This document shows, in pieces, positions 24,548 through 37,443 of a stretch of 64,000 nucleotides of DNA. Each line of letters opens with the position of its first letter. Position 1 is the first letter of the stretch. Under the pieces are notes generated by a model, which searched no databases, had not been told where the DNA came from, and saw nothing but the letters and a program-made list of their open reading frames with translations. Origin of the DNA: Squalus acanthias (lineage: Eukaryota); NCBI GenBank assembly GCA_030390025.1, contig CM059432.1, positions 140,494,001 to 140,558,000 on the forward strand, written 5' to 3'. A program made the translations under genes and the position numbers.

Positions 24548-25032
24548 CATAAACTTGAGCTCATCCAAAACTCTGCTGCCTGTATCCTAACTTGCACCAA
24601 GTCCCATTCACCCATCATCCCTGTGCTCGCTGACCTACATTGGCTTCCAGTCCGGCAACGCCTCAATTTTAAAATTCAAATCCCTCCATGGCCTCGCCCC
24701 CTCCCTATCTCTGTAACCTCCTCCAGCCCCACAACCCTCCGAGATCTCCGCGCTCCTCCAATTTTGGCCTCTTGCGCATCCCCTATTTTAATCGCTCCAC
24801 CATTTGGTGGCTGTGCTTTCAGCTGCCTAGGCCTTAAACTCTGGAATTCCCTCCCTAAACCTTTCTGTCTCTCTACCTCTCTTTCTTCCTTGAAGACGTT
24901 CCTTAAAACCTACCTCTTTGACCAAGCCCTGTCCTAATATCTCGGTGTCAAATTTTGTCTGATAATCGCTCCTGTGAAGCACCTTGGGATGTTTTACTGT
25001 GTTAAAGGCGCTATATAAATGCAAGTTGTTGT
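24548..25032 (+). mobile_element. L2-type LINE 3' end
   Basis: LADLHWLPVRQRLNFK...LWNSLP; tail GGCGCTATATAAATGCAAGTTGTTGTT. Confidence 0.85.
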
Positions 25033-25359
25033 TCTAACTTGTAAATCTGGGCATCACTGCTTGTTGATCGAGACAGCACTGGGAAAGAGTGCTACCCACT
25101 GAGCCAAGGCTGTCATTCTGAAGTCCAATTTACTTCAAGTAGTGACCATAGTTTACAGCTGTAATTCTCAAACTTATATATCTGTTCACAGGAACTATCT
25201 TCATGAAAATGTGTCAAGCAAACCTTTATTTGGGGGGGGGGGGGGGGTGGAGGGAAGGTGCCAGAAGCGCGTGACAGATTTCTTGTGTGATTTACGTCAT
25301 GAGGCTAAGTGCTTTCAAAAGAAAAGAAAAAAGAGTTTGCCACAGACTTTATTTCACGG

Positions 25360-25498
25360 AAGCAAAAGCAAATTATTGCGGATGCTGGAAATCAGAAATA
25401 AAAGCAGAAAATGCTGGAAATCCTCAGCAGGTCAGGCTGCATGGGTGGAGAGAGAAACAAGAGTTAACGTTTCAGGTCGACGACCTTTCATCAGACCT
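25360..25498 (-). mobile_element. Penelope family-1 mini-element: hammerhead plus 3' tail only
   Basis: Hammerhead core at 25462-25498; imperfect TSD CAGAC(C)TTTATTTCA(C/T)GG at 25343-25359 and 25492-25509. Confidence 0.8.
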
Positions 25499-26240
25499 TT
25501 ATTTCATGGCGGCTGTGTCCCTTTAAATGATGTTATCACAGGAACTTTTAGTTTCAGTTTGAGTCATGTGACATCATAGGTCCTGCCCTCGGGCTATACC
25601 TCAAATAGCGAGCGCATCACTTTAATGACCTTTATCATACACCAGCTCATTAATACCAAGGACCTTTGGATAGCGTTTGGTGTTGTATCAATCTTCGCAA
25701 TATTACTGAACCAAAACCACAACCGTTTGAACACAATCTGCATTTAGTACATGAAAAGTAAACTGAAAAGACGTACACCAACTTTCGTCCTGTTAGATAG
25801 TTTTTGTAACTCGCTGACTTATCTCAGGGCACACGTTCATACCAACTCATGCAAATAACAGAAACAATGCAAGGTATACTTACTCTTTAACAATTTAATC
25901 AACTGCATTTAACTCGCAGAATAAATCAAATTCCTAGCTCTAAACAAAATTCTTAAAGAGTTCCATATGTGCTTTTCTTAAAGAAAAATGTTTTCATCAT
26001 TTCCAAAGACATTTGATTCCTTGGAGGAATGTGGTTCCCCAGGCTTGTGCCACTCTCCCATACCTTGTTCAAGTCTCCATATTTCATGGATGAGCCTAGG
26101 CAGTAAATGCTGGCAGGCTATTGAACCATGGGGGGGAACCCAACCTGTCCTCGTGTGACATCCCCACATGTAAACTTCCAGTAGGGTGGGGGGGGGGGGG
26201 GTCATTTCACAGTGATCAGGAGTGGGGAAACGATCTGATA

Positions 26241-26700
26241 GTGTCAGCTGTGGCTCAGTGGTTAGCACTCCTGTCTCTGAATCAGAAGGTCGTGGGTTCA
26301 AAATCCCACTCTAGAGACTTGAGCACAAAAATCCAGGCTGACAAATCAGTGCAGTGCTGAGGGAGTGCTGCATTGTCGGAGGTGCCGTCTTTCAGATGAG
26401 TCGTTAAACCGAGGCCCCGTCTGCTCTCTCAGGTGGACGTAAAAGATCACACGGCACTATTTGGGAGAAGAGCAGGGGAGTTAGCCCTGGTGTTCTGGCC
26501 AATATTTATCCCTCAATTAACATCATTAAAAAAACAGATTATCTGGTCATTATCACATTGCTGTTTGTGGGACCTTGCTGTGTGCAAATTGGCTGCCATG
26601 TTTCCTACATTACAACAGTGACTACACTTTAATAGTACATAATTGGCTGGAAAATCGCTTTGGGATGTCCTGAGGTCATGAAAGATGCAAGTCTTTCTTT
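26241..26700 (+). mobile_element. DeuSINE, full length
   Basis: Family consensus. Confidence 0.88.
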
Positions 26701-26918
26701 TTTTGGATACTGCTTAGTTGGCTCTCTTGAGATCAACTAATTTAGCATCGACAGAGGAATTGGAAGCTCAGACCCTTCCTGGTCTGTATGGACTCGGCTG
26801 TGCATAGGTTCACCATCTGAGGTCTTGTGGAGCTCGGCCTTTGGCAGTTGTTTAGCAGAATCCAAAACTAGGGGCCATAAATATAAGTTAGTCACTAATA
26901 AATCCAATGGGGAATTCA

Positions 26919-29900
26919 TAGAATCATAGAATAGTTACAGAGGCCATTCGGCCTGTCGAGCCCGTGCCAGCTCTCTGCAAGAGCACTTCAGCTAGTCCCA
27001 CTCCCCTGCCCTTTCCCCGTAGCCCTGCGAATTTTTTTTGTTCAGGTACTTATCCAATTCCCTTTTGAAAGCCACGATTGAATCTGCTTCCACCACCCTT
27101 TCAGGCAGCCCATTCCAGATCCTAACCTCTCGCTACATAAAAAAGTTTTTCCTCATGTCGCCTTTGGTTCTTCTGCCAATCACCTTAAATCTGTGTCCTC
27201 TGGTTCTCGACCCTGCTGCCAGTAGGATCAGTTTCTATCTACTTACTCTGTCTAGACCCCTCATGATTTTGAACACCTCTATCAAATCTCCTCTCAATCT
27301 TCTCTGCTCTAAGGAGAATAACCCCAGCTTCTCCAGTCTATTGACGTAACTGAAGTCCCTCATCCCTGGAACCATTCTTATAAATCTTTTCTGCACCCCC
27401 TCTAAGGCCTTCACATCCTTCCTAAAGTGCGGTGCCCAGAATTGGACACAATACTCCAGTTGAGGCCGAACCAGTGTTTTATAAAGGTTCATCATAACTT
27501 CCTTGCTTTTGTACTCTATGCCTCTATTTATGAAGCCCAGGATCCCATATACTTTTTAACTGCTTTCTCAACCTGCCCTGCCACCTTCAACGATTTGTGC
27601 ACATATACCCCCAGGTCTCTCTGCTCATGCACCCACTTTAGAATTGTACCCTTTAGTTTATATTGCCTCTCCTCGTTCTTCCTACCAAAATGTCTCACTT
27701 CACACTTTGCTGCATTAAATTTCATCTGCCACGTGACCGCCCATTCCAGCAGCCTAGCCTGTCTATGTCCTCTTAAAGTCTATTATTATCCTCCTCCTCA
27801 CTGTTCACTATACTTCCAAGTTTTGTGTCATCTGCAAATTTTGAAATTGTGCCCTGTACACCCACGTCCAAGTCATTAATATATATCAAGAAAAGCAGTG
27901 GTCCTAGTACCGACCCCTGGGGAACACCCTGAATACCTTCCTTCAGTCCGAAAAACAACCGTTCACCCCTACTCTGTTTCCTGTCACTTAGCCAATTTCG
28001 TATCCATGCTGCCACTGTCCCTTTTATTCCATGGGCTTCAACTTTACTGGCAAGCCTATTATGTGGCACTTTATCAAACGCCTTTTGGAAGTCCATGTAC
28101 ACCACATCAATCACATTGCCCTCATCAACCCTCTCTGTTACCTCATCAAAAAACTCAATCAAGTTAGTTAAACACGATTTGCCTTTAACTTATCTGTGCT
28201 AGTGACTGTTAATTTTGCCCTGGATTATTGTTTCTAAAAGCTTCCCCACTACCGAGGTTAAGCTGACTGGCCTGTAGTTGCTGGGTTTATCCTTACACTC
28301 TTTTTTGAACAAGGGTGTAACATTTGCAATTCTCCAGTCCTCTGGCACCAGCCCCGTATCCAAGGAGGATTGGAAGATTATGGCCAGTACCTCTGCAATT
28401 TCCACCCCTACTTCCCTCAGCATAAGAACATAAGAACATAAGAAATAGGAGCAGGAGTAGGCCAATTGGCCCCTCGAGCCTGCTCCGCCATTCAATAAGA
28501 TCATGGCTGATCTGATCCTAACCGCCAATCTACTATCACAGAACCATCTCCTGAACCTAACAGAATTGGACACACAAAATAGGAGCAGGATCAGGCTACA
28601 CGGCCCCTGGGCCCGCTATGCTACCCACAGGGCCATGACCGATCCAAACCTAGACTCATGTCCAAATTCCTGCCCACTCCCCGTAACCCTTAATTCCCTT
28701 TACTTCTAGGAAACTGTCTATTTCTGTTTTAAATTTATGTAATGATGTAGCTTCTACAGCTTTTTGGGGCAGCATATTCCATGGACCTACCACCCTCTGA
28801 GTGAAGTAGTTCGTTCTCATCTCAGTTTTGAAAGAGCAGCCCCTTATTCTAAGACTATGCCCCCTAGTTCTAGTTTCACCCATCATCGGGAACATCCTCC
28901 CCGCATCCACCCGATCCAACCCTTTCACAATCTTATATGTTTCAATAAGATCGCCTCTCATTCTTCTGAACTCCAATGAGTAGAGTCCCAATCTACCCAA
29001 CCTCTCCTCATATGTCCATCCCCTCATCCCCGGGATTAACCGAGTGAACCTTCTTTGTACTGACTCGAGAGCATGTATGTCTTTTCTTAAGTATGGACAC
29101 CAAAACTGTATGCAGTATTCCAGGTGCGGTCTCACCAATACCTTGTACAACTGAAGCAATACCTCCCTATTTTTATATTCTATCCCCTTAGCAATGAAAG
29201 CCAACATTCCATTAGCCTTCTTAATCACTTGCTGCACCTGCATACTAACCTTTTGAGTTTCGTGCACCAGGACCCCCAGATCCCTTTGTACTTCAGTACT
29301 TTCCAGTTTCTTGCCATTTAGATAATAACTTGCTCTACTATTTTTCCTGCCAAAGTGCATAACCTCACACTTTCCAGTATTGTATTCCATCTGCCAAATC
29401 TCTGCCCACTTACTTAGCCTGTCTATGTCCCCTTGCAGATTTTTTATGTCCTCCTCACTCACTACTTTCCCTCCCATCTTAGTATCATCTGCAAACTTTG
29501 ATATGTTACACTCGGTCCCCTCCTCCAAATCGTTAATATAGATTGTAAAGAGTTGGGGACCCAGCACTGACCCCTGCGGAACACCACTAGTTACTGATTG
29601 CCAGTCTGAGAATGAACCATTTATCCCAACTCTCTGCCTTCTGTTAGATAGCCAATCCTCTATCCATGCCAGAATATTACCCCCAATCCCGTGATTTTTT
29701 ATCTTAAGCAATAATCTTTTGTGTGGCACCTTGTCAAATGCCTTTTGGAAGTCTAAATACACCACATCCACTGGTTCCCCTTTATCCACCCTGTGTGTTA
29801 CTTCCTCAAAGAACTCCAGCAAATTTGTCAAACATGACTTCCCCTTCATAAAACCATGCTGACTTTGTCCTATTAAATTATGATTATCCAAATGTCCCGT

Positions 29901-32758
29901 TACTGTCTCCTTAATAATGGACTCCAAAATTTTACCTACCACAGATGTTAGGCTAACCGGGCTATAGTTTCCAGCCTTCTGTCTACTGCCCTTTTTAAAT
30001 AAGGGTGTTACATTAGCAGTTTTCCAGTCTGCCGGGATCTTTGCTGAGTCCAGGGAGTTTTGGAAAATTATTACCAATGCATCCACAATCCCTACCGCCA
30101 CTTCCCTCAAGACTCTAGGATGTAAGCCATCAGGTCCAGGTGATTTATCCGCCTTGAGTCCCATTATTTTACCGAGTACCACTTCCTTAGTGATTTTGAT
30201 TGTGTTTAGCTCCTCCCCCCTATAGCCCCCTGTTTGTCCAGTGTTGGGATATTCTTAGTGTCCTCTACTGTAAAGACTGATACAAAATATTCATTCAGTG
30301 TATTTGCCATCTCCATATTTCCCACCATTAATTTCCCGGTCTCATCCTCTAAGGGACCAACATTTACTTTAGCCACCCTTTTTCTTTTTATATAACTATA
30401 AAAACTCTTACTATCTGTTTTTATATTTTTTGCTAATTTACTTTCATAATCTATCTTCCCTTTCTTAATCAATCTTTTTGTTATTTTTTGCTGTCTTTTA
30501 AAGTTTTCCCAATCCTCTATCCTCCCACTAGATTTGGCTACCTTATAGCCCTTGTTTTTAGTCGAATACTATCCTTAATTTCTTTACTTAGCCATGGATG
30601 ACTGCCTTTTCTTTTACACCCTTTTCTTCTCAGTGGAATATATATTTTTTGGAAGTTGTAAAATAACTCCTTAAATGTACACCACTGATCATGTATCGTC
30701 TTACCCTTTAATCTATTTTCCCAATCCACTCTACTAAATTCCACTCGCATACCTTCATAGTCTCCTTTATTCAAGCTTAGCACGCTTGTTTGAGATCCAA
30801 CCTTCTCACCCTCTAATTGAATATGGAATTCAACCATGTTATGGTCACTCATTCCAAGGGGATCCTTTACTAGGACATTTTTAATTAATCCTGTCTCGTT
30901 ACACAGGACCAGATCTAAGGTTGCTTGCCCCCTGGTCGGTTCAGTTACATACTGCTCAAGAAACCCATCCCTAATACACTCAATGAACTCATCCTCAAGG
31001 CAGCCCTGCCCAATTTGATTTGTCCAATTAATATGATAGTTAAAATCCCCCATAATTATAGATGTTCCCTTATTACAAGCCTCAACTATTTCCCGATTGA
31101 TACTCCGTCCAACAGAGTTGCAACTATTCGGAGGCCTATAGACTACGCCCACTAGTGTTTTTTTCCCCTTATTATTCCTTATCTCCACCCAAACTGTTTC
31201 ATTATCCTGATCTTTTGACCCAATATCATTTCTCTGTATTACAGTGATTCCTTCCTTTATTAACATAGCCACCCCACCTCCCCTTCCTTCCTGCCTGTCC
31301 TTCCTGATCGTTAAATAACCTGGTATGTTTAATTCCCAGGCATTGTCACCCTGCAGCCATGTTTCTGTAATGGCCACAAGATCATACCCATATGTAGTTA
31401 TTTGTGCCATTAACTCGTCTATTTTGTTACGAATGCTACGTGCATTCAGATAGAGAACTTTCAAATATGTTTTGTGACACTTAGTTCCTGCTTTTGCCCT
31501 TTTTATTACTTTACCTTTTACTCCATACCTTCTGCCCCTTCCTGACACACTCTGGTTTTTAATTTCCCCACTGCTACCTAAGTCTATGACCTTCTCTGTT
31601 GTCATTTTTATTATTTGCTCTCTAGGAACCTCCCCCCCACTAGTTAGTTTAAAGCCCTCTCTACAGCCCTAGTTATATGATCCGCCAGGACTCTAGTCCC
31701 AGCACTGGCCAAGTGAAGCCCGTCCCAACGGAACAGCTCCCTCCTGCCCCAGTACTGGTGCCAGTGTCCCAGGAAGCAAAACCCATTTCTCCCACACCAG
31801 TCTTTGAGCCACTCATTTAACTCTCTAATTTTATTTGTCCTAGCCAAATTCGCTCGTGGCTCAGGTAATAATCCAGAGATTATTACCCTTGAGGTTCTGT
31901 TTTTTAATTTGACCCCTAGCTGCTCATACTCCTTTAACAGAACCGGCTTCCTTGTCCTATCTACGTCGTTTGTACCAACATGGACCACGACAACTGGATC
32001 CACCCTCTCCCACTGCAAGTTTCTTTCCAGCCCAGAGGAGATGTCCTTAACCCTGGCACCGGGCAGGCAACACAGCCTACGGGACTCTCGCTCTCGGCTG
32101 CAGAGAACTCTATCTATCCCCCTAATAATACTATCCCCTACCACTACAACATTTCTATTTACTCCCCCCTCTTGAATGGCCCCCCGTTCCACGGTGCTGT
32201 GGCAAGGTTGCTCATCCTCCCTGCAGTCCCTGCTCCTGTCCCCACAGGGAGTAAGAACCTCGAACCTGTTGGACAAGAGCAAGGGCTGCGGCTCCTCCAA
32301 CACTACCTCCTGGATCCCCGTACCTGCATCATCCCAGATAAGTCCTGGTGACTTACCTACTTTAAGTATAGCCAGCCTTTCTAGTACCTCCTCCTTATCA
32401 ATTTTTATCCCATCCAGTATCTCAACCTACCTTCTCTTTCACTATGACTTTGGCAGCATCTTCTTCCTTGGTAAAGACAGGTGCAAAGTACTCATTTAGT
32501 ACCTCAGCCATGCCCTCTGCCTCCATGCGTAGGTCTCCATTTTGGTCCCTAATCGGCCCCACCCCTCCTCTTACTACCCGTTTACTATTTATATGCCTAT
32601 AAAAAACTTTTGGATTCCCTTTTATGTTAGCTGCCAATCTTTTCTCATACTCTCTCTTTGTCCCTCTTATTTCCTTTTTAATTTCCCCTCTGAACTTTCT
32701 ATATTCAGCCTGGTTCCCACTTGTATTCTCAACCTGACATCTGTCATATGCCCCCTTT
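26919..32758 (-). mobile_element. Middle CR1 LINE (26919-28420 plus 32330-32758), fragmented ORF2
   Basis: ORFs 27235..27495, 27528..27725, 27773..28162 ([18 protein letters not shown]) and 32422..32871; (ATAGAATC)n tail. Confidence 0.85.
28421..32329 (-). mobile_element. Inner, younger CR1 LINE: ORF1 C-terminal SGNH/GDSL esterase-like domain plus ORF2 APE endonuclease-RT (2 frameshifts)
   Basis: 31644..32303 VVGDSII, HVGTND, DGLHL; 30538..31605 NARS, ETWL, GDFN, SDH; 28656..30182 [23 protein letters not shown]. Confidence 0.93.
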
Positions 32759-33353
32759 TTCAGGAGGAACTTCTTTACCCAAAGAGTGGTTAGAATGTGG
32801 AACTCAGTAGGACATGGAGTGGTTGAGGCGAGTAGCATAGATGCATTTAAGAGGAAGTTAGATAAATACACGAGGGAGAAAGGAAAAGAAGGATATGCTG
32901 ATAGGGTGAGATGAAGAGGGGTGGGAGGAGGCTCGTGAGGAGCATAAACACCGACATGGACCAGTTGGGCCGAATGGCCTGTTTCTGTGCTGTACGTTCT
33001 CTGTAATTAGTTAGCTCTTGTTGAAGCAATCCAAAGAGAGGAAGGCTCGAAGGTCGGAAAGGCACTGGGAACAATTCTTCTCAAGGGCAATAAATATAAA
33101 TGGTGTTGGACAGAATGAGCTGCTCCATTAAACAAGTGAGCGGAGAAGTTCTGACCTCCACTCGCTGATGTTCTCACTTATTGGCAGGGCTTCAATCTAC
33201 TGTCTGTTTCCATTTCCTTTAAGGAAGGAAAGGGCAGCCTTCGCTGCCTCCCCTGCTAACCTCACAACTTCTATTAAACGCCATCATAGTTTCTGGATTC
33301 TCCTTACAAGATTTCTCAATAAAGCAAGAACCCTGAGTGCTCTTTAAGCTCAT

Positions 33354-33562
33354 CAACAACAACAACTTGCATTTATATAGCGCCTTTAACATCGTAAAAT
33401 GTCCCAAGGCGCTTCACAGGAGCATTATCAAACAAAAATTGACACCGAGCCACATAAGGAGAAATTAGGACAGGTGACCAAAAGCTTGGTCAAAGAGGTA
33501 GGTTTTAAGGAGCGTCTTAAAGGAGGAAAGAGAGGCGGAGAGGTTTAGGGCGAGAATTCCAG
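33354..33562 (-). mobile_element. L2-type LINE 3' end
   Basis: FKTLLKTYLFDQAF plus tail. Confidence 0.8.
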
Positions 33563-34486
33563 AACTCACATTAAAAAAATAAACCAGTTTGCATTTGCTT
33601 AATGAGCTATGCAGTTTTTTTTGTCCCCCCCCCCCACCCCACCCCCCGCACATTATTTCACTCGCATTTTTATAAAATCTCACCCGCTACCTTTCATCAC
33701 TTGAGAATATAAGAATATTGATCATTATTTTTGGAAATTCAATCCTAAATGCATTAGGTAATGGAAAAACCTGCTCTTGTACAAAACGAACCTTGCGCTC
33801 CGTATGATTAATATTCTCCCACTAACCGAGAGGTCAGGGAGACAAGAGACTCACAGTTGGGAGTAACACACTCCAATGCTCACAACCATGAAGTGATTTT
33901 TTTCTCTTTATCAACAAATGATGTAAATGGGGCGGTGATTTGGAGCAGGGGTCTGGCCACCAGATGGGGGCGATGACATTTCAACGTGAGCCTTTTCCAA
34001 GGCAGCAGATGAATAAACAATCCGAACGGCAAAAGGGAGAATGAAAAATGAAATGTTTGCCTAAATGTAGCTTCTGTTGAATAATTGAGTCCAGAGTCCA
34101 TTTTATTGAGGGGGTTTAGGGATGAAATTATAAACCACTCTGGTGTTTTAGTTGGCCCTGTTGTAAGCTGCAGGAAGTCAGTTAGTCACTTCATTAAAAA
34201 AAAGGTAAGCATCCTCACATAATACTTATAATATTTAATAGTTCAGGATTCTCACCATTTCAAATGAAATGATTAACAGCCCCGAACCTCCAGACATTGT
34301 TTCACCAACAAGAATCATCTGAAGGTGCCTTGGATTTGCATAACAATGTGCAAGATTATTCACTGCAAGCCTAGCCATGGGATTTTGCTCCATGCTATTT
34401 TATGATTCGGTTGCATCATATGCAATATAGGATGTGTTAGACTTTAGAATCAGTGCTAAACTGTTAACCCCGAGCAGTGATGCAGA

Positions 34487-34912
34487 GTGTCAGCTGTGGC
34501 TGAGTGGGCAGCACCCTCGCCTCTGAGTCAGAAGGTTATAGGCTCAGGTCCCACTCCAGAGACTTGAGCACAACATCTAGCCTTTCGGAGGTGCTGTCTT
34601 TCGGACGAGACAAACCGAGGCCCTCTCTGACCTCTCGGGTGAATGTAAAAAGATCACACGGCACTATTTCGAAGAAGGGCAGTTCTCCCCCGGTGTCCTG
34701 GGCCCAATATTTATCTCCATCAACCAACACCCAAAAACATGATCTGGTCATTTATCACATTGCTGTTTGTGGGACCTTGCTGGCTGCAAATTGGCTGCCG
34801 CGTTTCCTACATTACAACAGCGACTACATTTCAAAAGTGCTTCATTGGCTGTAAAACACTTTGGGTTGTCCTGAGGACATGTAAGGCGCTATAGAAATGC
34901 AAGTCTTTCTTT
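34487..34912 (+). mobile_element. DeuSINE
   Basis: Family consensus. Confidence 0.85.
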
Positions 34913-35371
34913 CCTTTTCTAAAGGTTGTTGTGTAAACCTGAAGAGGGACTGGACCCAACTGTGGAGTGAAGCGGTATGAGGGTGCAATCTTGAGATTGG
35001 TAGCTGCAGTTCAGGTTCCAGCCATGTGGTACAGTACCATGTTTATAGTCCTTGGCTCCTGCCTGACTACAACATCCAATCATCCTGCCCAACAGAGAGG
35101 TCTGCACATGCACCCTGTTAAGGGATATGGAGCCAAGGCGGGTGGATGGAGTTAGGATACAGATCAGCCATGATCTTCTTTGAATGGCAGAATAGGCTCG
35201 AGGGGTTGAATGGCCTACTCCTGTTCCTATGCCTGAATAGAAAAGTAAATGTTTAGAAAGAGGGAGGGAGGGAGAGTCCCACTCTCCAAACAATTAAATT
35301 AAAGGTTTGATTAGGCTGAAAAAGAACCCAGGATCCACCACTGTAAAGCAAGGTTGGAGGCATCGGATATG

Positions 35372-35830
35372 CACTGCTGCCCATATCCTAACTCGCACAA
35401 GTCCCGTTCACCCATCACCCCTGTGCTCGCTGACCTACATTGGCTCCCGGTCCGGCAATGCCTCAACTTTAAAATTCTCACCCTTGTCTTCAAATCCCTC
35501 CATGGCCTCCCTATCTCTGTAACCTCCTTCGGCTCTACAACCCTCCGAGATCTCTGCGCTCCTCCAATTCTGGCCTCGAGCATCCCCGATTTCCATCGCC
35601 CCACCATTGGCGGCCGTGCCTTCAGCTGCCTGGGCCCTAAGCTCTGGAATTCCCTCCCTAAACCTCTCCGCCTCTCTCTCCTCCTTTTAAGTCGCTTCTT
35701 AAAACCTACCTCTTTGACCAAGCTTGTGATCACCGGTCCTAATATCTCCTTACATGGCTCGGTGTCAAATTGTGAAGCACCTTGGGACGTTTTAGGTTAA
35801 AGGTGCTGTCTAAATGCAAGTTGTTGTTGT
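35372..35830 (+). mobile_element. L2-type LINE 3' end (an inverted tail fragment lies at ~36070-36213)
   Basis: SPITPVLADLHWLPV...GGRAFSCLGPKLWNSLP. Confidence 0.85.
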
Positions 35831-36724
35831 AGATGCTGCATCTGTGCTTCAGAAAGTCTCAATTCACTGCACTCTGGAATCAGGTTGGACCCTGGCCAGT
35901 TTTACACTCCCAAGGATTGGTGAGAAGCAAGAATTACTTGGCATCCAACGTTAAGTCTACAATCTGAATGCATGCACTCTTGAGATTCTTGGGGAGAGTG
36001 GACGAGTGTTGTAATATTGTCACAGACCAATTCATTGCAACTTTACATTTACATTTACTGCTTGGCTCCACAACAACAACTTGCATTTCTATAGCCCCTT
36101 TAACGTAGTAAAAACATCCCAAGGAACTTCACAGGAGCGATGATCAGACAAAATTTGACACCGAGCCACATATGGAGGTGGGATCGGCGACCAAAAGCTT
36201 GGTCAAAGAGGTAGCCGCAAGATTATCGGAATGATTGCCCTGTCGCTGCTCAAATCGGAATAGAAAAGGATCGAACTGTTCCCATGAAAACATATACCTC
36301 GAAATGGATTAATTTTGCACAAAAAAGTATACCAGTTGAATTATAAATCTTAAAAAAAGAAAATCCCATGCGTGTATGTGTGTGTGAGAGCCAACAGAAA
36401 GAACACTGTCCTTTGAAAGGTAACATAAACAGAGACAAATGGAAAAACAAACACTAGAGCATGAAGTACAGGCCAAAGCGTAATAAATATACCCGGCCAG
36501 ACATGGAACAGATTCAGACTGCAGTTACTGTACTGACACTCCTTCAGCTCATTGACACAGGGAGGAAATAAAATAACACTATGGACTTCCTGTCTCGTTC
36601 ATTGCTGGTGCATAGTTTTGTCATCAGAATCTAGGTTACCTCACGTGTTGGTAAGCCATGACATTCTCCAAATGTCTTGACTATACGGTCATAGCTGCAA
36701 TCGCAGTGTTTGCTAAACTAAAAG

Positions 36725-37135
36725 CATAGGAAGAGGAGGCAATTCAGCCCCTCGAGCCTGTTCCACCATTCAATTAGATCATTGCTGATCTGTATCTTGA
36801 CTCCATTTAACTCTTAATACTCTTGCCTAACAAAAATCTCAATTTTGAAATTTTCAATTGACCCCCAGCCTCAACAGCTTTTTGGTGGGAGAGAGTTCCC
36901 ATATTTCCACTGCCCTTTGTGTGCTTCCTGACATCACCCCTAGCTCTAATTTTAAGGTTACTCCCACTTGTTCTCGTCTTCCCCGGCCAGAGGAAATAGT
37001 TTCTTACTATCTACCCTATCAACTCCTTTGATCATCTTAAACACAACTCAATTAGATCAGCCCATAATCTGCTACACTCAAGGAAATACGAGCCTAGTCT
37101 ACGCAACCTGTCCTCATAATTTAACCCTTTTAGCC
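36725..37135 (-). mobile_element. Degenerate CR1 3' end
   Basis: Reverse of the GATCAG...GAATGG...GGCTCGAGGGGCTGAAT tail and ORF2 end. Confidence 0.7.
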
Positions 37136-37443
37136 CCGGTACTAGTTCTAGTTTGAAAATTAGCAACCCCTTTTTCCAGTAACGGTGTCATTAAAAAAAC
37201 AGGGGACCATATAGAGAGACCTCCTGCGGGAATGGATTGAAAAAAGGGTTTACCCTGGCAGATGGTTGTTAAACTCAACCCAGCAAAGCTAGGTGATCTT
37301 GAGCCAACTGGTCATGCGAACAAAAGAAGTTAGCATTTGTGTGTTGAATTAAGTATGAGAAAGTGCTTTATCAATGACGTTTTATATTTCTTTGGAAATA
37401 AAAACCCGATTTTTTATCCCCCCTCTGATTTGTGATGTTACAG

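Larger units (their letters stand above)
26857..33005 (+). mobile_element. Outer CR1 3' fragment (26857-26918 plus 32759-33005) split by nested insertions
   Basis: ...AATCCAATGGGGAATTCA | GGAGGAACTTCTTTACCC joins as in the copies at ~2870 and ~19400; TTCA duplicated at 26915-26918 and 32759-32762. Confidence 0.75.

Noticed and set aside
28656..32303. Host esterase or RT genes, or an active LINE
   Set aside because: These are CR1 ORF1/ORF2; 5'-truncated with two ORF2 frameshifts
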